Part shown: positions 15,662-26,191 of the stretch, in pieces | Numbering within the stretch: position 1 is the stretch's first letter | Layout: each line of letters starts with the position of its first letter | DNA from: a virus | Lineage: Duplodnaviria; Caudoviricetes | Reading direction: 5' to 3' (one strand) | Length of the DNA stretch: 53,379 nucleotides | Virus record (IMG/VR): IMGVR_UViG_3300046167_000321 | Span: 1-53,379 of that record | The notes under the pieces: generated by a model | Seen by the model: the letters and a program-made list of their open reading frames with translations, nothing else | Told to the model about the DNA's origin: nothing | Databases searched by the model: none | Program-made: the position numbers and the translations under genes

Positions 15662-18600
15662 TTACTGAGGTATTGCTTTCTCTGTTTGTTCATCAACGCT
15701 TTCAGCACCAAGATAAGCGCCCCGTAATGCAAGCGGTGTCTGATCTGATACAAAGCTGGCCATTCTACCAAATAGATTCATTGCTTGTTTGTCCTTACCA
15801 TCAGCGACTAGCTGTAGCATTCGGTCAAACTCATCAGGACGGGCTACTAGGATATCCATAGTTTCCTGCGCCACATTCTGAATGTCATCTATCATTGGCT
15901 TTAGTACAGCCTTGCTTATGTTTCTAGCAATAGTGGCCTTAGTATTAAGGACGCCATAACGAAGAGTAATAAGCCTATCTGTGAGTTTAGTTAACTCCGT
16001 ATCATACGCTGTGTTAGAACCAAATGCTTCTCCTTTAATGGATCTAGATCCGGTAGAGATGTCCTGAAGTTCTAACATATGTAAGAACTGTGTCTTACGT
16101 TCAGGATTATTCTTAAATATGATATCCAAGCTATTTCTAAATGGGTTAGCAGGATTATTCAGCAGGTCTTGTATTTGTCTACTGGATACATCGTTAACTG
16201 CCCCGGTAGTGTTTCCTTCCGTAAGTGCTATTTTTCTAGACAGGAATACTTTATTACGCAGGAACTCAAGGTATGCCACCTGTATGCCAGATGTAATTAG
16301 ATCACCATCTGGTGATTGAGCCGCCCTCTTCATCAACTCATCTATCGTATTACCTTGACCTGCAACCTTGCCAAATATCTCATTGAATGCAGCCTGAGGT
16401 TCCTGTGTGATCTTAGGTGTTTTTCCCGGTATAAGGTCATCGATGAACTTTGCAGCGGCGTCTGTACGTGCTGAAGCTATAAAGTCAGAATGCTCTTTGG
16501 TAAGTTTTGCCGCCACTGTTTCAGCATCTGTTAAACCTGCTTCCAAGTTCTTCAGATCTCCTACTACAACACGGAATCTTTCCACAACATCAGGTGCTAC
16601 ATTTTCTAAAACAGCTAACTGTGGCTCTAACGCATTGATCATATCCACAGCTCTAGGAGCTTGTCCTGCCTCTAGGTTACGGGCCATGAAGTTCATGGAC
16701 ATACCAAGGTAGGCCTGTGCCATTTCAGCGGTTACGTTTTCATCAGTGCCTGATTGTAGTGCTGCTATGAATGCTTTCTGGTAATCATCTACGCCCTCCA
16801 TAGAGGAACTTAGAGCTACCTTACCTGCTGCATATGCATCAGCCATGCCGGGAGTAACTCCCGTTACTGTAGCAACCTGTCCTTCTTTCCTAAGTGCTAT
16901 CTTCGCTTTGTCCTCAAAAGCTCTAAGAGGTTCTGTGGTACGGAAGGTAGTGTCATGCTTACGATATAGGTCTAGCGCCTCGGTAAATGCAGGATCTCCT
17001 ACATTGTCAGCAATCTGATCTATACCTCGAACAAAGTTTCGTAGCTGTTCACCCTGCTGAGATGTAAGTGGATTGTTATATAATGCGTCTGCACGGAGTG
17101 CCAGTTGGCCACGTAAGTCTGTAAAGACTTCGGCCATAGTTACACCCTGCATCTCAAGACGTGCCAACATTTCTTCTACAGACTCATACACCAGATCACC
17201 ATTAGGGGCTTGAGCCACCCGAGGTGTCATCTTTTCAATCAGCCTGTTGATAGGATCTGCTACTGTCCCGGTCTGCGTAATTGTTTTTAAGAAGTTAGGC
17301 CACTCTTCCGCTGGCACGAATGATGTTGTTAATTTGTGAAATTCTTCTACAGGCAGTTCAACATCCGTGGGTAAGTTATCCCAAGCAGATTTGTATGTGC
17401 TAAAAGACTTCTTCCATGCTTCGTACAACTGAGGCCCACTCATACTGTTGAGCGCCCTGCGTTCAGCGGCATTAGAACCTAGCTGATTGTTTCGTGCGGC
17501 ATCCATAAAGAATCCCAGAACATCATTGTTATTCTGGAATTGATCTAATTCTGAGCTAATAGCCTCTACTGTATTTCCTGCATTGGCAGCCTTAAATGAT
17601 TTGTCTGTTGCTTCCGTAACAATATCACCAGCCAAACCGCTGGCGGCTGCGTCTACTGCATCAGCCCCGCCTAATCCTTCGGCGGTATTTGTCATTGCAT
17701 TCTGAAAACCCTCAACTACTGCAGCGTCTGCAGTTCTCACGGCCTGACTCTGCAATCTACTACGATGCAAGTCGATCATCTTTAGGGACATTGTGTTTGC
17801 TAAGTCATCTGCAAACTTCTCGTAGGCTTCTTCTCCCATTAATGATTTCTGCCATACATATGCACGATCAACGTAATCACGTACGCCTTGACGTACGGCG
17901 TCCACAGAAGTCCGAGGTATGGTAGTATTCCCTAATAATGGGAAGAATGACTCTGAGTTCTCACGGATAACCTCTCCAAGTATAGAAGCACGTTCAGCAA
18001 ATATCTCAGCAGGTACACCAGCAAGATTTGGATCTAGCTCATTTAATACTATTGCGCCTACGTCACGCTCAATACCCGCTTTAGTTAAACCTGAGGTACC
18101 TTTAAATAATGCCTTGATGGGTCTTTTAGCAAGTCCAGCAATTTTGCCTAAGGTCATTAGTCCGCCAGAGAATGCTACGTTGTCTGCGAAGTTAGCAATG
18201 TTACGATTTTCTTCGGCATCAAAGCCCAGCGCCTCGGCAATATTATCACCGAATAAAGGCTTGGCTTCCTGTGGTGTAGTGGCTGTAGTACCAATGTTTG
18301 CGCCTGTACCTAGTATAAACGTCTTTGAGAATATACGGGCAGCATCAATCATCTCTTCAGGCTTCTTCTTGCCTACTTTGGACCATGCCTGTGCTACATA
18401 CCGAGCCATTTTAGGAGATAGGTTGTATGCTTTCTCCAGCTTACTAGCTAAACCTACGCCGCCTACAGAACCAATAAGCATAGAAATAACTTCTTGGCCG
18501 ATAGCATCATAGTCGTTTGTTGGTGGTACTGTAGGGAAGTTCTCTTTAACGTAATCCGTTTCTGGATCTGTTCCTATTAATCCTCCAGTAAGCTCGCCAA

Positions 18601-19165
18601 TCTTATCTGTGATGCCTTCGCCTACTCGGGCAATACCTTTTATAGCCTGTGCTCCGCCACCCGCAATAGTGTTAATTAATTTGGAGTTTGGTGCATTTGG
18701 GTTTGGTACAATGAATGTTTGCTTATTACCCTCGGCATCTTTGGATACCTGAGTACGCATAGCCTCGCCACCTAGACCTTCAATAACGGCTTGCTTACCA
18801 TCGCCCTCAACTGCGGTACCTGTCTGCTGGTAGATCTTCTCGTTACTATCATCAACCGCCTGAATGAACTTATCACGCTTCTCGGAAGGATCTAAGTTCG
18901 CAAACGAAGGATCAGTCATCAATGCTTTATAGATAGGATGCTCAGTATCAATACCTGTGTAGCCCATCCTATTTAAGAAGGAGGGCCTATCATAGTAATC
19001 TGATATGCTTAATGGTGGTTTTTCGTCAGGCTCTGCTTGGTTGCTATCAAAGATTGAAGTGAAATCTTCAATAGTCATATCATTAGACTCGGAGCCTTCC
19101 TCATCAGAAACCGACTGCCCTTGGTTAAACAGGGCTTCAAAGTCTACTACTTGTTCTTCGGCCAT
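15662..19165 (-). CDS. Large internal virion / ejection protein (putative)
   Basis: 1167 aa, helical, last gene of the structural operon as in podoviruses. Confidence 0.6.
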   Translation of the reverse strand: MAEEQVVDFEALFNQGQSVSDEEGSESNDMTIEDFTSIFDSNQAEPDEKPPLSISDYYDRPSFLNRMGYTGIDTEHPIYKALMTDPSFANLDPSEKRDKFIQAVDDSNEKIYQQTGTAVEGDGKQAVIEGLGGEAMRTQVSKDAEGNKQTFIVPNPNAPNSKLINTIAGGGAQAIKGIARVGEGITDKIGELTGGLIGTDPETDYVKENFPTVPPTNDYDAIGQEVISMLIGSVGGVGLASKLEKAYNLSPKMARYVAQAWSKVGKKKPEEMIDAARIFSKTFILGTGANIGTTATTPQEAKPLFGDNIAEALGFDAEENRNIANFADNVAFSGGLMTLGKIAGLAKRPIKALFKGTSGLTKAGIERDVGAIVLNELDPNLAGVPAEIFAERASILGEVIRENSESFFPLLGNTTIPRTSVDAVRQGVRDYVDRAYVWQKSLMGEEAYEKFADDLANTMSLKMIDLHRSRLQSQAVRTADAAVVEGFQNAMTNTAEGLGGADAVDAAASGLAGDIVTEATDKSFKAANAGNTVEAISSELDQFQNNNDVLGFFMDAARNNQLGSNAAERRALNSMSGPQLYEAWKKSFSTYKSAWDNLPTDVELPVEEFHKLTTSFVPAEEWPNFLKTITQTGTVADPINRLIEKMTPRVAQAPNGDLVYESVEEMLARLEMQGVTMAEVFTDLRGQLALRADALYNNPLTSQQGEQLRNFVRGIDQIADNVGDPAFTEALDLYRKHDTTFRTTEPLRAFEDKAKIALRKEGQVATVTGVTPGMADAYAAGKVALSSSMEGVDDYQKAFIAALQSGTDENVTAEMAQAYLGMSMNFMARNLEAGQAPRAVDMINALEPQLAVLENVAPDVVERFRVVVGDLKNLEAGLTDAETVAAKLTKEHSDFIASARTDAAAKFIDDLIPGKTPKITQEPQAAFNEIFGKVAGQGNTIDELMKRAAQSPDGDLITSGIQVAYLEFLRNKVFLSRKIALTEGNTTGAVNDVSSRQIQDLLNNPANPFRNSLDIIFKNNPERKTQFLHMLELQDISTGSRSIKGEAFGSNTAYDTELTKLTDRLITLRYGVLNTKATIARNISKAVLKPMIDDIQNVAQETMDILVARPDEFDRMLQLVADGKDKQAMNLFGRMASFVSDQTPLALRGAYLGAESVDEQTEKAIPQ

Positions 19166-19167
19166 GA

Positions 19168-22044
19168 TTACTCCTGTTCAGAATCTGCTGTGGGAAATAG
19201 GAAGGGCATCTCTTGCTTAATGTATTCGATTTCGTAACCCATAGAAGTTAAGGACAACAACGCCTTATCTATTGTACTCTGACTAGGTTTTTCCCCTACA
19301 GCAGACTTGTAATTTGTAATGGTCTGAGCATTAAACTTAGCCAAACCTTCACCCGGTTGAATTAATTCAACTGCATCTGTTGTTACAACTTCGGGAGCTG
19401 CATTAACATTTTGTACTTCAATCTTTACTGTACCTTGTGCCCAACCATACGTGTCAGGTGTATTGGTTAGAACCTTACGGATGTTAGCAAAATACTCTTC
19501 GGCTGTAGCAAGTTCGTTACCAAACTCTGCACCATAGCTCCTTGCTTCCTTAATGAGCGTTTGATCTCTAAGAGTGACAGCAGCCCTACTTGCTTCACCC
19601 ATACGATCCCTAGCAAACTTCTGAAGACCTGCAGCAAATGTTTCGATATTGTTGCTGGTAAGAAGTGAGTTTCGGATGTTTTTGTAGTCTTGGTTAGAGA
19701 AGCCATTGCCTGTCTGTCCCAGAGCTTTACCTGCAGCAAAGATGTACTGGATAGATGCACCCATGAACTGTTGATAAACAGAAGCTGTTTCCCTATTCAT
19801 CACGCCGCTAGAAACAGCATTGTCTAGGTAATCAGTGATCTGATTAACCAACGTACCTTCATTGATATTATCATCTCCAGAAGCACTACCTACTATATCA
19901 AGCATAGCTGATAGCTCGTTACGTCCAGATACAAACAGGGCGTTTACTTTCCCTGCAGAAGTCAGAACGTATGGGTTTCTCCTTGCTAATTCTTCTAGCT
20001 TATATCCCATGACAGCTACGTTGGTAGCCGCACCCATTAACTTGGTTTGATCTGAAAGTAAATTAGATGCGCCACGGACTGATGCCGCTCTACTCTTATC
20101 TAGTTCTTCTGTCTGAATGTTCTTAGGATTTTCTATTACTTCACCTGTAGCAATGTTGGTATAAACTGTCTCGCCTTTATCATTTACACTCTGTCTTGCT
20201 GATACAATCAGACCCGGTTCAGTAGTAACCGCATATGTCTGGTCATTACCCCCAGCCTCGGAGGCTATGATAGAAGACATCTTAACTGGGTATATGTTTT
20301 TCAGATAGTTATTTGCTTCTGCCACTATTTTTGGATCACTAGATGTGAGAGCTAAAGTAGCTTCTGCGTGTTCAGCACTCAAGTTAGCTCTTGTAAGTGT
20401 GCTTGATTTAGACCCATCCAAGTTTGCTTTGGCTGCCGCAATCATTTGTTGCTGCTTTTCAGGTGTAGCCTTCTTCCATGCATCTTGCTCCATTAGAACT
20501 GATACAGATAGCTCTGCAAAGCTGGTAGGAACCTTCTCATCATCAGTCATGTTATAGATGTCTACAAGTGCTTTACCTTCTGTAGATTGCCACAACGCCC
20601 ATGCAGCGTCTTTATCTTCTTGTGTCTCATATATTTTATCATTAGCATATATTTCCTTACGGGCATTAAATGCTATGGTCTTTAGGCTGTTTTCATCAAA
20701 CACAAAGTCTTTTTGCTCTTTAGCTAATTCTAGATCTTTTAGAACCTTAATTCTTGAGTTAAGTGTATCTCTATACACTTTAGATGCAGTCATCTTTTTA
20801 CCCTTTAGCTCTGCTAAGATAGCCTCGCCTTCTTGAGAGGTGGAAAAGGTAAGAGATGGAAGTGCTGTATTTAGTATATCTGTCTGATAATCGATTGCAC
20901 GACCTATCATGGTTTTTAGAATTACAGGGGATACGTTAGCATACTTTGGATTATTCTTAGCATTAGTGATAAACTCATTAAGCTGGTTTTGATTCATTCC
21001 GCCTATATCAGGAAATACCTGTAGATCTTTTTGAAGTGCCTCTAGCTGAGTACGCATAGCCACGACTTCAGGATCTTGCTGATTTTTCTCCAGATTCAGT
21101 GCGGCCAGTGCAGCCAAAACCTTTTCCGAGTCAGTTACCTTACTTATATCGATGCGCTCTGATAGCGTCTTAGTGGTGTCTTTAGGGTCTTTAGGAATAA
21201 TCATCAAAGTACCAACAGCATCACCTACGGCATCCAGAGGGGCTACCCCGCTGTTGCTTGCTGCATCTACTTCAGTTGTGATGCTAGGTGACGTATTATC
21301 ACTTGCAGTAAGCCCGGAAGCAGAGGTAACATTACGCCCTGTCATTTCTTTCCATCTATCTACTCGTGCATTAACTCGATTAAGCCTTTGATCCGCCTGT
21401 CTTTGGCGTACACGATCAATCCAGCTATCACCTATCCCGGCCTCTTGGTATGGCTCGAATGATAGATCTTCATCCGTATCTACGTTTTTAGTAGATAGGC
21501 TGGACAGTAACAGTTCGCTGCTATTGTCTTCAGACTGATTGGAACTCAGAACAGTTTCTGTTTGAGTATCTAAAGCTGATGTTTCCTCGTTATTAACCTC
21601 AGATTCTGGCTTTACTTTAGGTTCTGTTGCTTCCAGAGGGTTAGTAATCGTACCATCCGGGGCCTGAAACCTAATTCTGTTTTCTTTAATACCTAATTGT
21701 AGGTCACTTACAATTTGATTTGCAGTCATCCCACCCACAAGGTTACGATAAATCGTAGCTTCTATTCCGGGTAAATTAGGATAGTTCGCAGCCAGAGATG
21801 CGGCCTGAGATCTATAATTTGTAGTCTTAGCGGCTGCTTTAGCTTTAGCTTTTTCACGGTCCTGTATATCTGAAACAGCTAACTTAAACAGATCATCATC
21901 TGCCTTGTTACGGGCAGCACGAGCTGCAGTAAATGAGGATGAAAACGAGTCAGCAAATCCAGTGGCAAAGCCTACTAGGGCGTCACTAGGGCCATCATCA
22001 TAATACTTACGAAAATCACCAAACTTATATTCACTGTAGCTCAT
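19168..22044 (-). CDS. Large internal virion / ejection protein (putative)
   Basis: 958 aa, N-terminal GFATGFADSF helix, position. Confidence 0.6.
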   Translation of the reverse strand: MSYSEYKFGDFRKYYDDGPSDALVGFATGFADSFSSSFTAARAARNKADDDLFKLAVSDIQDREKAKAKAAAKTTNYRSQAASLAANYPNLPGIEATIYRNLVGGMTANQIVSDLQLGIKENRIRFQAPDGTITNPLEATEPKVKPESEVNNEETSALDTQTETVLSSNQSEDNSSELLLSSLSTKNVDTDEDLSFEPYQEAGIGDSWIDRVRQRQADQRLNRVNARVDRWKEMTGRNVTSASGLTASDNTSPSITTEVDAASNSGVAPLDAVGDAVGTLMIIPKDPKDTTKTLSERIDISKVTDSEKVLAALAALNLEKNQQDPEVVAMRTQLEALQKDLQVFPDIGGMNQNQLNEFITNAKNNPKYANVSPVILKTMIGRAIDYQTDILNTALPSLTFSTSQEGEAILAELKGKKMTASKVYRDTLNSRIKVLKDLELAKEQKDFVFDENSLKTIAFNARKEIYANDKIYETQEDKDAAWALWQSTEGKALVDIYNMTDDEKVPTSFAELSVSVLMEQDAWKKATPEKQQQMIAAAKANLDGSKSSTLTRANLSAEHAEATLALTSSDPKIVAEANNYLKNIYPVKMSSIIASEAGGNDQTYAVTTEPGLIVSARQSVNDKGETVYTNIATGEVIENPKNIQTEELDKSRAASVRGASNLLSDQTKLMGAATNVAVMGYKLEELARRNPYVLTSAGKVNALFVSGRNELSAMLDIVGSASGDDNINEGTLVNQITDYLDNAVSSGVMNRETASVYQQFMGASIQYIFAAGKALGQTGNGFSNQDYKNIRNSLLTSNNIETFAAGLQKFARDRMGEASRAAVTLRDQTLIKEARSYGAEFGNELATAEEYFANIRKVLTNTPDTYGWAQGTVKIEVQNVNAAPEVVTTDAVELIQPGEGLAKFNAQTITNYKSAVGEKPSQSTIDKALLSLTSMGYEIEYIKQEMPFLFPTADSEQE

Positions 22045-22606
22045 CTAAAGGTCCCTCTTCTGCATTTAAGCCAAGCATCTCTGCTTGCATATCTTGGTCT
22101 GCGGGTTCCCCTGCTAAATCAGCTTCTGGTGCCATTAGGCCCATCTCTTCTTCAGCCGCCTGTTCTTCTTCTGGTACATCCTCTTGTTCAGGATCAACCT
22201 CTACTAACCCATCACGTTCAATTAGATCAGCAATGTGTTGTACATCTTCTTTTGTTGGGACTTCTGTGTTGTCCTCAAAGCCCATCTCATAGTCGATGCC
22301 GAGCTGTACGCACATAAGTTCGATTGCCCGGGCGGTAGGACCAGCCATCAGGATTCCGAAGTCTATTGAAATTAAACCGTCCATGATGGAACGGCTTATG
22401 AAGAAGTCTGTCATCGTGGTTACGGAGACACCGCTAGACACCAATGTATCCAAGCCTGTTTGTGTCTGTGGCTTCTTAAATGTCTTATCTACATACTTTA
22501 AGAACTGATCTGGATGATCATATTCTGGTGGCCTATGCCATGATTGATTTCGTGTATCGGAGAGGAAGTTCTCACCGGGGATAGGGATATCAAAGTTCTG
22601 CATCAA
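22031..22606 (-). CDS. Conserved phage structural-module protein
   Basis: FD.PIPGE...W..PP motif, acidic C-terminus. Confidence 0.65.
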   Translation of the reverse strand: MMQNFDIPIPGENFLSDTRNQSWHRPPEYDHPDQFLKYVDKTFKKPQTQTGLDTLVSSGVSVTTMTDFFISRSIMDGLISIDFGILMAGPTARAIELMCVQLGIDYEMGFEDNTEVPTKEDVQHIADLIERDGLVEVDPEQEDVPEEEQAAEEEMGLMAPEADLAGEPADQDMQAEMLGLNAEEGPLDELQ

Positions 22607-22808
22607 CCATACCCTCCTCTTCCATTAGTTCATCATCAAGACGCTCACCGGATTCATCACCCTTAGTGTCTTCCATGATTTCATCTTCTAGTTTGATAAA
22701 ATATTCAGGCGTATATTTCATATCGGGAAACTGTTCCATGAACTCTTCGGGTAGGTTTCCGGTATAATATTCCCGAACAGACGCCCGGATTGCTGCTTCT
22801 AAATTCAT
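22590..22808 (-). CDS. Small acidic hypothetical protein
   Basis: Coupled ORF, 72 aa. Confidence 0.55.
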   Translation of the reverse strand: MNLEAAIRASVREYYTGNLPEEFMEQFPDMKYTPEYFIKLEDEIMEDTKGDESGERLDDELMEEEGMVDAEL

Positions 22809-24685
22809 TGCAACCTCTCATAATTAACTGCTAAGTATCCGTTTGGATGTACGTGGACAGCATGCGGGAACTTCTCTTTGGCCTCATCAGCCATAATACC
22901 TACGTTGTTTTGGGAGCCAGCACCCAGCTTTTTAGCTGTGTCATTCCAATCCCATTTGTATAGGGCAAGACCTGAACTGTGGGTTCCAATACGGCGTATA
23001 TTTGTTTTTAGATCTGGATCAGACAGGAACGGCAGGAATGAAGCCATTGTGGCCATAAATCCTGTACCCCCGGCTGCGGCTGCTGCTGTACCCCCGGCTG
23101 CGGCTGCGCCCCCGGCTGCGGCAGTGCTGGCACCAAACATGCCCCCGGCACCAAACATACTTCCCAGTACGCTGCCTCCTATTTGACCTATAGCACCAAA
23201 CAAGGCATTTTTCTTAGACGCCTTGGCTTTCATAGCCGCAATCTGTGCTTCCATTTTCATCTGGAACATCTTCAGGTCACGGTCCTTCTGGCTTTCAGAG
23301 GATGTGGCTAAGTAGTTAAACTGCATATCAGCACGATTCCATAGGCGGTTGTGCTGTTCTGATGTAATGCCGAGTATAGTCTTGGCATCCATCTGTGCGG
23401 CGGAGAATGCCATCTGTGTGTTAGTATTCATTACTTGTCTGCGCCAACCAACATTATCCTGATCAATCTGATGTTGGTGTGTCTTCTCAAATTCAAACAT
23501 ACGCATCTCAGCGGCCTGATTTGCCCGTGCTGTTGCGTTGATTTCGCCTAAGTTAAACTTCTCAAATGCATCTTTCATCTGAGAAATGGCAAGCCCAGTG
23601 TTAGTGGATAATGTTGTGTACCACTGTTCACGGTCTAGCTCATTTGTAATATCAAATCGCTTACCTAAGTTAGTTTCCTTGGCATCCTCAAATAAAGCTA
23701 AATACCTTTGGGACGCATTAAGCATACCAGCTTGCTGTTGGTTAGCTAAGTTAGCTAAGTCTAGGTTCTTAACAACAGTAGCGTTATATGTAAGTGCCTG
23801 TGTCTTTGCATCTGCGTTTGCTATCTTGAGCTGCGAAAGGATACGAGCCTTCTGCATAAACTGAGCATTCTTGGCAGTCATATTCTCCGAAGCAATACCG
23901 TTCATGATATTTGCTTCTTTGTCAGCAATTCCTACGAGGTTAGACATCATTGCAGTAGCCAGCTTGGCTGTGATCTGCTGAGAGTCTGCCCCTTTAATAT
24001 TCAAAGATCCCTTAATGGAGTTGGCCATATCAGCCATAAACCCGGGGATCTTGTATTCGCCTGTGTTAGGATCTACGAAGTGTTTCTGTAGAAGGTCTAG
24101 CTGACCTACAACTGTCCTCTTACTATCAACAAATCCAAATTCACCTAAATCACGGGCAACTAATTTACCTGCAATAGTGCTTGTGTCTAATACATTTGAT
24201 GTGTTGTACATCGCTACATCATTTAGACTGTCAGTTGCAGCATCACCCTCGAGGGACATCTGCGTTTCATCTACATCTACTAACGATCCTGATGATGCTG
24301 TAGCTGTGGATGCATTAGCACTTGTACCTGTTTCATTAATAGCGTTGGTTACTGAAGCGGAGTTGTATCCTGTCTGGGCTGTAGGAGCCTCGGGCATAAG
24401 ATTAGCCCCGGCTGCCGTAGTACCCGTAGCTGCAGTAGTATTAAATTGATTTGTACTTCCGTAGTTTACCTGAGTGCCTTGAGTTCCACCAGCATTGGAA
24501 TCCATAAAAGGTACTTGTTGGCCTACCAACATACCTTGATTAGCAGCGTAGCTAGTAGGATCATCCAGTATCTTCTGTGCTTCTAGCACCACATCACTGT
24601 TTCCTACACGTCTGTCACTATACTGCTGACCCATAAATCTGCGGCCACCAGTTAGACCTCCGGGTGAAGTTACATTAATCGCCAT
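22805..24685 (-). CDS. Virion/ejection protein with C-terminal peptidase S74-like (intramolecular chaperone) domain
   Basis: Q/N/A-rich helical body, Gly/Ala hydrophobic stretch, then SDPDLKTNI...LYKWDW...GIMADE....P.AV....GYLAVNY. Confidence 0.72.
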   Translation of the reverse strand: MAINVTSPGGLTGGRRFMGQQYSDRRVGNSDVVLEAQKILDDPTSYAANQGMLVGQQVPFMDSNAGGTQGTQVNYGSTNQFNTTAATGTTAAGANLMPEAPTAQTGYNSASVTNAINETGTSANASTATASSGSLVDVDETQMSLEGDAATDSLNDVAMYNTSNVLDTSTIAGKLVARDLGEFGFVDSKRTVVGQLDLLQKHFVDPNTGEYKIPGFMADMANSIKGSLNIKGADSQQITAKLATAMMSNLVGIADKEANIMNGIASENMTAKNAQFMQKARILSQLKIANADAKTQALTYNATVVKNLDLANLANQQQAGMLNASQRYLALFEDAKETNLGKRFDITNELDREQWYTTLSTNTGLAISQMKDAFEKFNLGEINATARANQAAEMRMFEFEKTHQHQIDQDNVGWRRQVMNTNTQMAFSAAQMDAKTILGITSEQHNRLWNRADMQFNYLATSSESQKDRDLKMFQMKMEAQIAAMKAKASKKNALFGAIGQIGGSVLGSMFGAGGMFGASTAAAGGAAAAGGTAAAAAGGTGFMATMASFLPFLSDPDLKTNIRRIGTHSSGLALYKWDWNDTAKKLGAGSQNNVGIMADEAKEKFPHAVHVHPNGYLAVNYERLQ

Positions 24686-24929
24686 TTTTATCTCTTTCCT
24701 TCTGACAGGCCTTCACTTCATCCCGTAGTTTCACATAGTCAGAAACAACCATTGGAATGGCCGTATACCCATCCTGCAGAACATCTAGTTCTACCGACAG
24801 CTCTTCGTTAAATTCTTGGGAATACTGTTTTAGCGGGGGGCAGTAGACTTCTAACTTAGTCCTATAGACCGTCTCGGCGCAGCCTTTTAATAAGGCCATC
24901 CCGGCTATTAACAGAAGTATCTTCTTCAT
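24675..24929 (-). CDS. o-spanin (Rz1-like lipoprotein)
   Basis: MKKILLLIAGMALLKG-C lipobox, CPP motif, overlaps upstream TM gene. Confidence 0.75.
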   Translation of the reverse strand: MKKILLLIAGMALLKGCAETVYRTKLEVYCPPLKQYSQEFNEELSVELDVLQDGYTAIPMVVSDYVKLRDEVKACQKERDKNGD

Positions 24930-25104
24930 GCTTTGCCATCGCTTTGTAAAAATCTGAAGACCGTTTCTGGGCCTGTAATTCGTCGGCAAGAACTTTACCT
25001 TTTTCTATCTTCTTGCCATCCTTGCGCCCTAAGACGTAGAGAATAGGAAGCAATAGAGCTAAACCAGCAATAAGGTAGAGTTTGATCTTGCCGAAGATAA
25101 ACAT
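24862..25104 (-). CDS. i-spanin (Rz-like)
   Basis: N-terminal TM helix and short periplasmic helix, overlaps lipoprotein gene. Confidence 0.65.
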   Translation of the reverse strand: MFIFGKIKLYLIAGLALLLPILYVLGRKDGKKIEKGKVLADELQAQKRSSDFYKAMAKHEEDTSVNSRDGLIKRLRRDGL

Positions 25105-25448
25105 TAACGAGCGCCTACGTTTGTATTTCGTGCGATATACTTTAGCTCATTCTCCAAAAGAGCTATGCGCTGTTTGATGTCATTGATTTCAGATATGGCT
25201 TTTGTCATTGCAGACATATCATCCCACACTTCATCTAAGTCATCACGAACACGATTAAGTTCGTTTTGGTTCTCTTTAACATCACGTTTTGTATTGATTG
25301 TATCCTCTAGGGCCATGCGTGATCCTAGTGTGCTCACGGTTTCTTCAAGACCTGATATGGTTGTGGCCTGTTGGCTAACCCACCAGATTCCCCCAGCTAA
25401 CTGAATAACCATAGCAAAAACCAACGTTAGGGGTATCTTCTTTTCCAT
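25104..25448 (-). CDS. Membrane-anchored coiled-coil protein (lysis module)
   Basis: N-terminal TM then heptads. Confidence 0.6.
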   Translation of the reverse strand: MEKKIPLTLVFAMVIQLAGGIWWVSQQATTISGLEETVSTLGSRMALEDTINTKRDVKENQNELNRVRDDLDEVWDDMSAMTKAISEINDIKQRIALLENELKYIARNTNVGAR

Positions 25449-25451
25449 GAT

Positions 25452-26180
25452 CTAGTGAATACCTTCCTTATTGTCCTTCCAACGGGCGTAAGCCGCAAGA
25501 GCTATCCCGCCAATGGCACATAGTAGGAAGACTGTCTTGAGCATGGGCGCATAAGCTACAAGGCCTTGGATCTGCCCAGCGACTTCATTCAAGCCTGTTG
25601 CAGCTCCTGCAATACCCGCCCCAGCCATTGTCTTAGATTTAGCTAATGACTTAGGTGCTTCCTGTGTAGGCTTCTGAGTCATCAGATCCCCACCATCAGA
25701 AGCTAGTATAGCATCCATCGAGAATAATGCGCCTTCAGCAGCCCGGCGGCGTGTCAGACCACGTAGAGGAGTTAGTTTCCCATCTACTCTGGCCTTGTTC
25801 CACCTATTCAGTTGCTCTGGTATTTCGTCGTACAGACCCTTGTTCAATTTCTTGAGCAAGGTGCTGGATTTGAAGTTACCTTCGCCTACGTTGAAAATCC
25901 ACGAGGTTAAACTGTCGTACTGATTTTGGGATAATGGGACATGGACGTAGCGGTGAATAGCTTTAGCGTGAGACTCAATGTCATCAATCAGTAGCTGTTC
26001 TGCTTCAGCAGGAGTGATCTTCATTCCTGATCGAACACCCTTGCATGAACCATAACCTATGGTCCACTTCCCAGCCACACAGCGGTAACTGTGGATAAGG
26101 CCATCGTCTCCTACTTTATGTAGACCCTCAAACTTCTTGATAAGGTCTACGCCTGTCTGGCTTACACTTGTTGGTATCAT
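25452..26180 (-). CDS. GH24 lysozyme (endolysin) with hydrophobic C-terminal extension
   Basis: LIKKFEG, WTIGYG, FNVG, STLLKKLN, GLTRRRAAE; C-terminal TM-like segments. Confidence 0.92.
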   Translation of the reverse strand: MIPTSVSQTGVDLIKKFEGLHKVGDDGLIHSYRCVAGKWTIGYGSCKGVRSGMKITPAEAEQLLIDDIESHAKAIHRYVHVPLSQNQYDSLTSWIFNVGEGNFKSSTLLKKLNKGLYDEIPEQLNRWNKARVDGKLTPLRGLTRRRAAEGALFSMDAILASDGGDLMTQKPTQEAPKSLAKSKTMAGAGIAGAATGLNEVAGQIQGLVAYAPMLKTVFLLCAIGGIALAAYARWKDNKEGIH

Positions 26181-26191
26181 ATATGTTACCT

